Part shown: positions 37,885 to 46,477 of the stretch, piece after piece
Position numbering within the stretch: position 1 is the stretch's first letter
Layout of the letters: every line of letters begins with the position of its first letter
Made by a program: the position numbers and the translations under genes
From: an uncultured Planctomycetota bacterium
GTDB taxonomy: Bacteria; Planctomycetota; Phycisphaerae; Tepidisphaerales; Tepidisphaeraceae
NCBI GenBank assembly: GCA_963841915.1
Contig: CAWJEN010000003.1
Location: 160,001-224,000 of the forward strand
Direction: 5' to 3'
Length of the DNA stretch: 64,000 bases
Notes under the pieces: model-generated
Databases searched by the model: none
What the model was told of the DNA's origin: nothing
Seen by the model: the letters and a program-made list of their open reading frames with translations, nothing else

Positions 37885-38910
37885 GTGATGCCGACGTGGC
37901 TGGGCGACTGCGTGATGGCCACGCCATTGCTGCGGGCGCTGCGGGCGGGTCTGCCACAAACACAAGTCGTAGCCGTATGTTCGAGAGGAAACGCACACGT
38001 CTTGAGCGCGCTGCCGTCGATCGACCGCTACCTGACGTTCAACGGCAAACCGTCGCCGTGGTCGATTGCAACGCTGCTGCGGTCGACTGAATGCGAGGCA
38101 GTGTTGCTGTTGCCCAATGCGTTTCGAGCCGGACTCGCTGCATGGCTGTCGCGCATTCCACGACGCGTCGGCTACGCCCGCGACGGCCGCACGTTGTTGC
38201 TGACGCACCGCGTAGCTGCGCCACGATTGAAGAAAAAGCACGCGATCGTGCCCGCGGTGCGACACTACTTGAAGCTGCTCGAACCGTTTGATCTGCCAGA
38301 GCGAAGCAGACGGCTCGAGCTTTTGCTGTCCGATGATGACGCTGCCGCAGCACATCGTGTGCTCGACGAAGCAAGACTTGCATCAGGCGCAGCAGCAACA
38401 AAGCCACTCGCCGTCTTCGTCCCGGGTGGTCACTACGGCAGCGCCAAGCTCTGGCCGGCCAAGCACTTCGCCGACCTGGCCGATCGCCTCGCCGCCGACG
38501 GCTTTGCCGTCGGCCTCAGCGTCGCGCCGGGTGAACGAGCCACGAGTGACGCCATCGTCGCTGCCGCTTCGTCGCCTGTCGTCGACCTGTCCCGACACGG
38601 CCTCGACCTCGCATCGCTCAAAGGCGTCATCACCCGCGCTGCCGTCGTCGTCACGAACGACACCGGCACCCGCCACGTCGCAGTCGGATTGAACAAGCCC
38701 GTCGTCACGCTCTTCGGCCCAACCGACCCGAAGCGCACGACACTCGATTACCCGCTCGAACGCGAGCTGTGGCTTGACGACGTCCCGTGTCGGCCGTGTC
38801 AGCTCAAGCAGTGTCCACTGCCTGAGCCACAGACGCAGCAATGCCTGCGCGACCTTTCACCGCAGATGGTGCATGACGCGGTTCGTGAGGTGCTTAGTCT
38901 AAGGAAGTGA
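37885..38910 (+). CDS. waaF: LPS heptosyltransferase II-like (GT9)
   Basis: PTWLGDCVMATP, PGGHYGSAKLWP, TNDTGTRH and LFGPT motifs. Confidence 0.88.
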   Translation: MMPTWLGDCVMATPLLRALRAGLPQTQVVAVCSRGNAHVLSALPSIDRYLTFNGKPSPWSIATLLRSTECEAVLLLPNAFRAGLAAWLSRIPRRVGYARDGRTLLLTHRVAAPRLKKKHAIVPAVRHYLKLLEPFDLPERSRRLELLLSDDDAAAAHRVLDEARLASGAAATKPLAVFVPGGHYGSAKLWPAKHFADLADRLAADGFAVGLSVAPGERATSDAIVAAASSPVVDLSRHGLDLASLKGVITRAAVVVTNDTGTRHVAVGLNKPVVTLFGPTDPKRTTLDYPLERELWLDDVPCRPCQLKQCPLPEPQTQQCLRDLSPQMVHDAVREVLSLRK

Positions 38911-39455
38911 GCAAAGAGGGCATCATCATCGTTGATCACGGCAGCCGGCGTCCGCAGAGCAATGAGATGCTCGAGCACGTCGCCGCCTCCTATGCCGCAC
39001 GCTTCGCGCATGGTGGCGTCGTCGAGCCAGCGCACATGGAGCTGGCGATGCCCGACATCGCCGCCGCGTACGCAAAATGCGTCGATCGGGGCGCGACGCG
39101 GATCACGCTGCTGCCGTTCTTCCTGGCGCAAGGCAAGCACTGGACGAAGGACATTCCCTCGCTCGTCAGTCAGGCAGCCGAGGCTCACGCCGGGACAACC
39201 TACCGCATCGCCGAGCCGCTCGGCCTCGACGACCTCATCCTCGACCTGCTACACAAGCGGTTCAACGCCGCAGACGAGCAGCTGCAACTCGATGCCGGTC
39301 AACAGGATCCTCGCCTGGTCGACTTGCCGCCGACCGAGCGACGCGTGCAGTGTGCGACGTGCCCGTTCACCGTCGACGCCGCCGGAACCATCCAACTGCG
39401 ACCCGACCGCGGCATCACGCTTCAACAACTCGCGGCCCGCGCCGCAACAGCTTAG
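38907..39455 (+). CDS. CbiX/SirB-family small chelatase
   Basis: VDHGSR, HMELAMP and PFFLAQGKHWTKDIP motifs. Confidence 0.88.
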   Translation: MSKEGIIIVDHGSRRPQSNEMLEHVAASYAARFAHGGVVEPAHMELAMPDIAAAYAKCVDRGATRITLLPFFLAQGKHWTKDIPSLVSQAAEAHAGTTYRIAEPLGLDDLILDLLHKRFNAADEQLQLDAGQQDPRLVDLPPTERRVQCATCPFTVDAAGTIQLRPDRGITLQQLAARAATA

Positions 39456-39470
39456 ACTGCTGGCGTGCAC

Positions 39471-39544
39471 GCAGCCGTAGCTCAACTGGACAGAGCAGCG
39501 GTCTTCTAAACCGCAGGTTGTGGGTTCGAGCCCCACCGGCTGCA
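39471..39544 (+). tRNA. tRNA-Arg (anticodon TCT)
   Basis: Acceptor stem GCAGCCG/CGGCTGC, D-arm GCTC…GAGC, anticodon arm GCGGT-CTTCTAA-ACCGC, T-loop TTCGAG; CCA not encoded. Confidence 0.96.
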
Positions 39545-39556
39545 TCACAGGACGCC

Positions 39557-40306
39557 GTGCCCATCACCATCGTCATCCCGACGCTCAACGAGGCCGACAA
39601 CCTGCCGCGGACGCTGGGCACGGCCCGCGACCACGCTCAACATGCTTTCGACGTCATCGTAAGTGATTGCGGGAGCACGGATTGCACACGCGACCTCGCC
39701 GCCGAATTGGGCGCTATTGTCGTCCGAGGCGGCACGTGCCGGGCACACGCGATGAACCTGGGAGCGGGCGTTGCCAAAGGTGATGTGCTGCTGTTCCTCC
39801 ACGCCGACACGCGTCTTCCGCCCGGGTGGGACAGTTCCATCATGAACAGGTGCAAGGACTTACGCGTCGTCGGTGGGGCGTTCGACTTCTCCTTCTGCGG
39901 CCACGATCAAGCTCGCGGACTTCGGCGGCAGGGCCTTCGTTTCGTCCAGGCCCTCAACCGTGGCCGGTTCCGCATCACCGGTGCCCACTACGGCGATCAG
40001 GCTATCTTCTGTCGCCGCAGCGTCTTCCGCCAGATCGGCGGCTTCGATCGCCTCCCAATCCTGGAAGACGCTCGCTTCAGCCAGAGACTCGCCCGCGTCG
40101 GCCGCACCGCGATCCTGCAGCCGCCGGTCAAGACCTCGCCACGCCGCTTCCTTGAGCGAGGCGTCTTTCGACAACTTGCGTCTAATCTCAAGATCGTCGC
40201 CCGCGACAGCCTCGGCCTGCACCTCGATCAGCACTCGGGCCACTACCGTGATCTCAACGCCGGTGGTCATGCCGTCTCCGCTTTTGCCGTCGTTCCACCA
40301 CGTTAA
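39557..40306 (+). CDS. GT2 of the TIGR04283 (rSAM/selenodomain-associated transferase 2) type
   Basis: IVIPTLNEA, RAHAMNLGA, LFLHADT, YGDQAIF, PILED and TSPRRF motifs. Confidence 0.85.
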   Translation: MPITIVIPTLNEADNLPRTLGTARDHAQHAFDVIVSDCGSTDCTRDLAAELGAIVVRGGTCRAHAMNLGAGVAKGDVLLFLHADTRLPPGWDSSIMNRCKDLRVVGGAFDFSFCGHDQARGLRRQGLRFVQALNRGRFRITGAHYGDQAIFCRRSVFRQIGGFDRLPILEDARFSQRLARVGRTAILQPPVKTSPRRFLERGVFRQLASNLKIVARDSLGLHLDQHSGHYRDLNAGGHAVSAFAVVPPR

Positions 40307-40435
40307 ACCCAATCGACGTGTCGTGGACACGAACGTCAGTCGTCCGGACGAATACATGCAAGCTACAAGTTGTGTCGTAGGCGGCGAGCACGCATTTGCG
40401 TACCTTGCACCGCCGCCGCCTGACAGCTCCCGCTC

Positions 40436-41239
40436 ATGTCCGCCACGCTGCCCGCCGATTCCGATGCCCCACCCGCGACGGACGAGGCCTCGGACGAGAC
40501 CTGCATCGAGCAACAAGAAGCTAAAGCCGGCCGCGGGTTCAAGTGGTGGCATGCAGCCGTTCTTGTGACCATCATCGGCGCTGCGGCGGCGGCATTCTAC
40601 CTCCTGCCCGTCGCTGACTGGCTCCGCGCCGCCATCGGCTGGATCGACGACCTCGGCTGGATCGGCCCCAGTGTCTTCGTCGGCATCTACGCCCTGGCGA
40701 CCATTCTCGGCGCACCGTCGACGCCGCTGAACATCGGCGCTGGTCTCGTCTTCGGCGTTATCTGGGGGGCCGTCACGGCCACCATCGGAGCGACGATTGG
40801 GGCGACCCTGTCGTTCCTGCTCGCCCGCACGATGCTCCGCGACTGGGTGCAGCGCAAGCTCGATGCCTACCCGACGTGCGACAAGGTGCTGTCCCATTGC
40901 GAGAAGGAGCCGTGGAAGTTCATCATGATGCTGCGTGCCCACCCGCTCCTGCCCGGGCCGCTCAAGAACTACTCGCTGGGCACAACGAACGTGAAGCTGT
41001 GGATCTTCACCGCCGCGACGCTGCTCGCCTGCATGCCGACGCGCATCATGTACGCCTACCTCGGCAGCGCCGGGCACATGACGCTCAAGAGCGGCAACGA
41101 GGGCGATGAAGGCATCAGCACCGGCGACTGGATCACCTACGGCCTCGGCTTCGCTGTTGCAATCACCCTGACCGCCGGCCTGACATGGTTCGTCAAACGC
41201 AAGCTGAACAAGATCGAGGAGCAGGAGGACGCGGGGTGA
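40436..41239 (+). CDS. TVP38/TMEM64 (VTT/DedA) membrane protein
   Basis: PSTPLNIGAGLVFG, GATLSFLLAR and LRAHPLLP…NYSLG motifs. Confidence 0.9.
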   Translation: MSATLPADSDAPPATDEASDETCIEQQEAKAGRGFKWWHAAVLVTIIGAAAAAFYLLPVADWLRAAIGWIDDLGWIGPSVFVGIYALATILGAPSTPLNIGAGLVFGVIWGAVTATIGATIGATLSFLLARTMLRDWVQRKLDAYPTCDKVLSHCEKEPWKFIMMLRAHPLLPGPLKNYSLGTTNVKLWIFTAATLLACMPTRIMYAYLGSAGHMTLKSGNEGDEGISTGDWITYGLGFAVAITLTAGLTWFVKRKLNKIEEQEDAG

Positions 41240-41338
41240 TGTCCGACGCGAAGATATAGGCTCGCAACCCCTTTGTATGCCCACACGCGGGGTGATGTCC
41301 GACGCAAAGATATAGGCTCGCGACCCCTTTTTATGCCC
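41229..41338. repeat. 54-bp direct repeat, 2 copies (period 56), each containing the AGGCTCGCGACCCCTTT motif
   Basis: 41229-41282 and 41285-41338 differ at 3 positions. Confidence 0.92.
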
Positions 41339-41385
41339 GTCGAGCCATCAGACCTCACTGACAATCCTGACGTACAGACGAACCC

Positions 41386-41799
41386 ATGATTCTACTTCAC
41401 ATTCTACTGTTGTTGGTCGCTCATTTCGCAACGCAGATGTTAGATGAAGAGCCTACACTTCTTGTGCACTCTCCCTATACCATGTTTGAAATGTGCGCAG
41501 ATCCGGACGAGTTATGCAAAGATGAAGTAGTAATCCACTGCTTCTTGGAAGCCGATAACAAAACTATGAAGTTATTCATCCAAGCGATAGACGTCGGAGT
41601 CTTTGACATAAAAGCTCGCATACTACTGAGTGACGGCCGGCAAGCGGTTTTTGACACCAAGCATATTATTCCGCCTGGCAGTGCTCTATTTATCGAGAAC
41701 GTTGATGTCGTAGGTTTTCCCGCGCGGGGGGGCGATGATCTTCCTAGAGTTCCCGTTCCAAATTTCTTGATAGCAGAGATCAAATTCAAGAGGAAGTAG
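41386..41799 (+). CDS. Low-GC orphan hypothetical protein (hydrophobic N-terminus)
   Basis: 137-aa ORF. Hand counts give 26/60 and 22/60 G+C in two lines, versus 39/60 in the neighbouring gene. Confidence 0.65.
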   Translation: MILLHILLLLVAHFATQMLDEEPTLLVHSPYTMFEMCADPDELCKDEVVIHCFLEADNKTMKLFIQAIDVGVFDIKARILLSDGRQAVFDTKHIIPPGSALFIENVDVVGFPARGGDDLPRVPVPNFLIAEIKFKRK

Positions 41800-41800
41800 G

Positions 41801-41940
41801 ACAGATAAAGGGGGCGCGGGGGCAGATAAAGGGGGGGGGCAGGGCAGATAAAGGGGTCGCGGGGCAGATAAAGGGGTCGCGCGGCAGCTAAAGGGGTCGC
41901 GGCGGCAGCTAAAGGGGGCAGATAAAGGGGTCGCGAGCCT
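41801..41940 (+). repeat. Array of 7 degenerate GGGCAGATAAAGGGGTCGC(GAGCCT) units
   Basis: Read directly; the last copy (41916-41940) is full length and is the reverse complement of 41314-41338 at 23/25 positions. Confidence 0.92.
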
Positions 41941-42054
41941 TTTCATCACCTTGAACACCGCGTGCAGTTGACTGCCGTCGCACCAGCATCTTGTACCACA
42001 GCGGCCGACGTGGCGACGAGCGGGAGGCGGATCATCAATAGTCTGAGGCGGATG

Positions 42055-42098
42055 AGGCTGGCGACCCTCTATCTGCCTGCGCGACCCTTTATCTGCCC
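42055..42098 (-). repeat. Two inverted copies of the same motif
   Basis: aggctggcgaccctctatctgcc and gcgaccctttatctgccc. Confidence 0.85.
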
Positions 42099-42117
42099 GA
42101 TGCAGTCACATGCTGGT

Positions 42118-42146
42118 TTGAAGACGGTTGACCAGCGGTTTACAAT
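42118..42146 (+). promoter_or_regulatory. Putative sigma70 promoter
   Basis: TTGAAG-N17-TACAAT upstream of the degenerate ORF and HTH gene. Confidence 0.5.
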
Positions 42147-42420
42147 CAGTGAGGCTGTCCTCGGGTAGATCCTTATGAGCAGGCCCGGCTGGTGGAGCAG
42201 GCTGGCGAGGCCGTGCTCGACAACGCCAAGCGGCTTCGTCGCCGTTTCGACGTGTTGAAATGGCTGTGCGAGGATCTTGAAGACGCTCTTCTGGATGGTT
42301 GAAATGCCGCGGAGGTGCTCGACGATGCGGCAGTTTTTAGTGCCGCGACTGAGGCATGGAAGTTCGTTGCCGAGATCAGCCAGTTTCTCCATCCATAGTT
42401 CAGAAGCAAGAGGAACCGAT

Positions 42421-42780
42421 GTGCGACGTAGCACTTTGACCCGATCGGCCGCCGCGCTTGTCAAGTACCTGATCGATGACCGGGGGCTGACCGTCATGGA
42501 GATCGCCAAGATCTGCGGCGTGGACAAGTCGTACATCAGTCGCTGCAAGCGCGGCGAGCGAGAGTTCGGCACGGGTCACATCGAGCGAATCGCTGACGCG
42601 GTCGGCGTATTGCCGGGTTCGCTCATGATCGCGGCCACCGCGCCGGCAACGCCGCATCCTGATCCGGAGGTTCGCAAGCTGCAGGCGTCGAGCGTCACGG
42701 CGATGAAGCAGTTCGACCAATTTATCGTTTCGCTCCGCCAGGCAAATGCCCCTGCCAAGGCCAAGCCTGAGGCGGCGTGA
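42421..42780 (+). CDS. XRE/Cro-family HTH transcriptional regulator
   Basis: AGAGGA RBS before the GTG start; RGLTVMEIAKICGVDKSYISRCKRGER helix-turn-helix. Confidence 0.8.
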   Translation: MRRSTLTRSAAALVKYLIDDRGLTVMEIAKICGVDKSYISRCKRGEREFGTGHIERIADAVGVLPGSLMIAATAPATPHPDPEVRKLQASSVTAMKQFDQFIVSLRQANAPAKAKPEAA

Positions 42781-42857
42781 TTGTCAGGCCGTTGTCGACA
42801 TGAGACGCGCCACGGCCGGGAAGCCGTGGCACGGTAATTTTGGACGTCTCGGTTGTT

Positions 42858-44318
42858 CTATCGCCGACGGAGCAGGCCGATGCCGCCGAGGCCGAGCAGG
42901 CTCAGGGCGGCCGGTTCGGGGACCAGCGTTAGTTGGCCAGTCGATTCGGTGAAGACGTACGTGCCGTTGCTCCACACGTCGTTCAGCTCGGCGAAGCCGC
43001 TGATGTCGAAGTTTGGGCCGTAGGTCAGGTTCTGCGTGTCGACGAGCGTCCAGACGGCATCGGTCGGCGCGGTCGGCAGGTCGAAGTTGAACGTGCCATC
43101 GAGATAGACAAGGGTGGCGTCGCCGGTGATGGAGTTGCTCGTGCCGTCTTCACCCAGGACGAAGTTGAAGGCGGCGTTGTTGCCGAGGCCGAATCGCCCT
43201 CCGTCGACGATAAGGTTGCCGGTCCACGTCGAGTCAGGCGACAGGAAGCGGACGGCCTGAGCATTGTTGCTGGCAGTCTGGCCGGGCAGAATGGTCAGGT
43301 CACCGGTGCCGGTGATGTCGGAGGTGACGTTGATTCTTCCGCGGAAGGCGTGGAACGTGCCACCGGCGTCGGTGACGTTAATGCTGCCGTCGAGGCGGAA
43401 AGTGGTCTCGGTCTCGTTGCCGCGGTTGGCGACAGAGCCGCCGTCGAGGATCAGGTTGTCGACCACCATCATCGCCTGGTTGTTGCTGCCACCGGGCGTG
43501 ATGAAGACGAGGCCGTCGAGCGTGTCAGCGGCTGTGGAGACGGTGTTGTTGACCGTCAGCGAGTCACCGCCGAAGCGGAAGTCGGCATCCCGGCTCGGTG
43601 TACGAAGTTGGAATTCGCCGGTCGAATAGTCGCCGCCCGCGTGGGCGAACTGGCCGTCACTCCAGCGGTCCTTGAGGTTGAAGCTGGAGGTGCCGTTCGG
43701 ATCATCTGCCGTGAGGGTGACGACATCGTCGTAGTTGGGCGCCTGCTGCCTGAAGAGGTTCAGGTTCATGTCGCGACCCATCTCGTAGACGAGCGCGACG
43801 TGGCGGTCGAAGTTGACCTCGTTGTACTCGTTGGAGAAGTTGAGGCCGTACGGGAAGAAGTGGAAGTTGTCGGCCCCGATGTTGGTGCCGATGCCGTCGA
43901 ACTGCTCGACCTTGCGGATGCCTCGTTCGCCGGTCCAGCGGTTGTTGCTAGCGTTGCGGTTGTTCTGATAGGCATTGGTGGTGCCCATGCCGAGCGTGTG
44001 GCCGATCTCGTGGAGCGAGACGCCTTCGTCGGGGAACCGTCCGCCGAAGCGGATGTTGCCGTTGAAGTTGCCGTCTGCGGTCGGGACGTTCTCGTTGTAG
44101 GTCACCCGCAGCGTCTTGGTGAAGCCGCCGTGGGCGTTGTAGCGATCAACGGCTGCGGTCATGGCGTCGACAGCCGCCTGTCGCCGGGCGGCGGTGGGCC
44201 AATCGCCCTCGACGGTAAACGTGATCTGCGCCGATGCCGCCGAACCCGAAGCAATTGTGGCCAGGGCTGCGGTAACAAGGGCGTGGGTGGTACGGCCGGC
44301 GAGGTAAGGCTTTGACAT
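42858..44318 (-). CDS. PEP-CTERM surface protein with zincin-like (HExxH) domain and autotransporter-like beta repeats
   Basis: Signal peptide, LHEIGHTLG, and C-terminal VPEPAALSLLGLGGIGLLRRR. Confidence 0.88.
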   Translation of the reverse strand: MSKPYLAGRTTHALVTAALATIASGSAASAQITFTVEGDWPTAARRQAAVDAMTAAVDRYNAHGGFTKTLRVTYNENVPTADGNFNGNIRFGGRFPDEGVSLHEIGHTLGMGTTNAYQNNRNASNNRWTGERGIRKVEQFDGIGTNIGADNFHFFPYGLNFSNEYNEVNFDRHVALVYEMGRDMNLNLFRQQAPNYDDVVTLTADDPNGTSSFNLKDRWSDGQFAHAGGDYSTGEFQLRTPSRDADFRFGGDSLTVNNTVSTAADTLDGLVFITPGGSNNQAMMVVDNLILDGGSVANRGNETETTFRLDGSINVTDAGGTFHAFRGRINVTSDITGTGDLTILPGQTASNNAQAVRFLSPDSTWTGNLIVDGGRFGLGNNAAFNFVLGEDGTSNSITGDATLVYLDGTFNFDLPTAPTDAVWTLVDTQNLTYGPNFDISGFAELNDVWSNGTYVFTESTGQLTLVPEPAALSLLGLGGIGLLRRR

Positions 44319-44563
44319 GATCTCAGTTTGCGGCAGGAAGGCCGCTGTGGTGGAAACAACAGCCTAACTCATGGAAGTGGTTCCACCCACTGTCAAGTCA
44401 CACCAATTACTTGCCGAAGTTCGGCCTGCTGGCTAGGTGACGCTCGAGCGAGCATCAGGTTTAGACGCTGCAAGCGTCAATGATCTGGTACGACAGACGG
44501 TGCACGAAAACGGGCCGTGTCCTGCGACACGACCCGCGGTACAGCAATCTCTCCACACTTTTA

Positions 44564-45199
44564 TCAGCGGCGGCGACGCAGCATGGCCAGGCCACCGACG
44601 CCAAGTAGGGCGAGTGATGTCGGCTCGGGCACGACGATGCTGGCGTTGTCGAAGTAGACCGTGCCGTTGTCGCCGCGGAAGTCACCTCCGGAGTCGAGAG
44701 CGATGACAAACCGTGCACGATCGGCCCCGAGCGGAACGACGCCGGTCTGCATGTACTCGAGGTAATCGCCGGTGATAACCGGGGTCAGGTTGCCGGTCTG
44801 ATCGACGAAAGTGTCCGACGAGTCAAAGAACTCGATGCGTAGCTGCACCTCCGCGGTCAGCACGGACGGGCTGGGCGACTTGGCGAAGACGAAGAAATCG
44901 ACCACCTGACCGGGTGCCAAGCCGTTGACCTGGGTGAAGGCACCGGCAAACGAGGCATCCGAGTCAACGCCCACCTCGAGGGCCTGCGACCCACCGAGCG
45001 GCATGGTCGAGCCGTAACGGGAGAACGGCATGCCCGCGGGGTCGGAGAACGTGCCGAAGAAGCCCTCCCAGGCATCATCGAACGGAGCTCCGTCGAAGCT
45101 GAGCGTGCCCTCAAAGCCTGGATCGGCCAAGGACTGAGCGTGCGATGCCGAGACGGCAAGAGCGAGGCAGGCTGCCGAAGCAGCAAGTTCGAATTTCAT
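44564..45199 (-). CDS. PEP-CTERM surface protein with CBM/galactose-binding-like fold
   Basis: AGGAGG RBS, signal peptide, DPGFE…YFDNAS, and VPEPTSLALLGVGGLAMLRRRR. Confidence 0.88.
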   Translation of the reverse strand: MKFELAASAACLALAVSASHAQSLADPGFEGTLSFDGAPFDDAWEGFFGTFSDPAGMPFSRYGSTMPLGGSQALEVGVDSDASFAGAFTQVNGLAPGQVVDFFVFAKSPSPSVLTAEVQLRIEFFDSSDTFVDQTGNLTPVITGDYLEYMQTGVVPLGADRARFVIALDSGGDFRGDNGTVYFDNASIVVPEPTSLALLGVGGLAMLRRRR

Positions 45200-45320
45200 G
45201 ATGACCTCCTGTACGCCGCGAGAGGCGGCAACTAGGTACAACGGCGTAAGAGTTACGCCGCCAGGAGATTATCGGGTCCAGCCTGCCGATACAAGACCTC
45301 GCACGCATTTTGGAACAGTT

Positions 45321-46442
45321 TCAAGCGCGTTCATGGGTCGCTGCGGCGAGCAGGCGGCAGCCTTCGCGCAGGCGATCATCCGGCAGGGCGAAGCTGATGC
45401 GGAAGTGCGAATCGCGGCCGCTGAAGACGTTGCCCGGAATGATCAGCACGTTCTTTGCGATCATCTCCTCGCAGAACGCGGTTGCCGTCCTGCCATCGGG
45501 TGCCTTGGGGAAAGCGTAAAACGCGCCGTCCGGAATCGTCAGCTCAAACGCGTCGCCCAGCATCTCGGCGACGATGTCGCGCTTGCGGCGGTAGGCAGTG
45601 ACGTGTTCATCGACCGGCAGATCCAGTGCCGCAAGGGCTGCGTGCTGAAACGGTGCCGGGGCGCAAACGAACGTGTATTGCTGCAGCTTGATCATCTGCT
45701 CAGCGATGGCCTTGGGCGCACCCGCATAACCAAGTCGCCAGCCCGTCATGCCGTACGTTTTGCTGAAGCCGCGTAGCAGAATCGTCTTGTCGTACAGCTC
45801 GCTGATGCTCGGCACCGACGCCGCTTCGCCGTAGAGGAACGGCACGTAAATCTCGTCACTCACCACGAGCAGATCGTGCTTACGGGCCAGCTCCGCGGCG
45901 GCGTGCACTTCGGCCTGCGTCATTGTCACGCCCGTCGGATTGCTCGGCGAGTTGAGAATGAGCAGCTTCGTTCGCGGCGTGATTGCCGCCTCGACCTTGG
46001 CAGCATCGAAGCGGAAATCCGGGTAACTGTCGACCGGCACGCTCTTGCCACCCGCCATCGTGACGAGGTGGCGGTACATGACGAAGTACGGGTCGAGAAA
46101 GATGACCTCGTCGCCGGGGTTGATCGTCGCCAGGATCGAGAGAAACAGGCCACCACTGACGCCGCTCGTCACGAGCACCTCGTCGACCGGCCGCTTCATG
46201 TCGGCGGCCAATCGTTCGCGCAGTGGGGCGATGCCCTGCGTCGGCGTGTACCGGTTGTAGCCGTCGCGGATCGCCTGGATCGCCACGTCTTTGGCGGCGT
46301 TCGGGACGTCAAAGTCTGGCAAACCGATCGACAGGTTGATCGGATTCTCCAGCTTGGCTGCGAGGTCGAAGACGCGGCGGATGCCGCTGGCGTCGACGCC
46401 GAGGGCACGATGTGACAGATGTTCGGCAAGGTCGCGGGGCAC
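45321..46442 (-). CDS. Class I/II PLP aminotransferase
   Basis: NLSIGLPDF, NSPSNPTG, SDEIY and GFSKTYGMTGWRLG motifs. Confidence 0.93.
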   Translation of the reverse strand: MPRDLAEHLSHRALGVDASGIRRVFDLAAKLENPINLSIGLPDFDVPNAAKDVAIQAIRDGYNRYTPTQGIAPLRERLAADMKRPVDEVLVTSGVSGGLFLSILATINPGDEVIFLDPYFVMYRHLVTMAGGKSVPVDSYPDFRFDAAKVEAAITPRTKLLILNSPSNPTGVTMTQAEVHAAAELARKHDLLVVSDEIYVPFLYGEAASVPSISELYDKTILLRGFSKTYGMTGWRLGYAGAPKAIAEQMIKLQQYTFVCAPAPFQHAALAALDLPVDEHVTAYRRKRDIVAEMLGDAFELTIPDGAFYAFPKAPDGRTATAFCEEMIAKNVLIIPGNVFSGRDSHFRISFALPDDRLREGCRLLAAATHERA

Positions 46443-46477
46443 GCCGCAGCGTACGCCCGCACCTCGGCGAGCCTGAT

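Noticed and set aside
41801..41940. Possible CRISPR array
   Set aside because: Units are directly adjacent with no unique spacers, and there are no cas genes in the window.
42300..42302. In-frame TGA as a selenocysteine or recoding site
   Set aside because: No redox-motif context and no recognisable SECIS hairpin; TGA is used as a normal stop throughout the window.
39471..42780. Integrative island at tRNA-Arg
   Set aside because: No integrase, and I saw no duplicated tRNA 3' end (att site) in the window; the genes immediately downstream have host-like GC.
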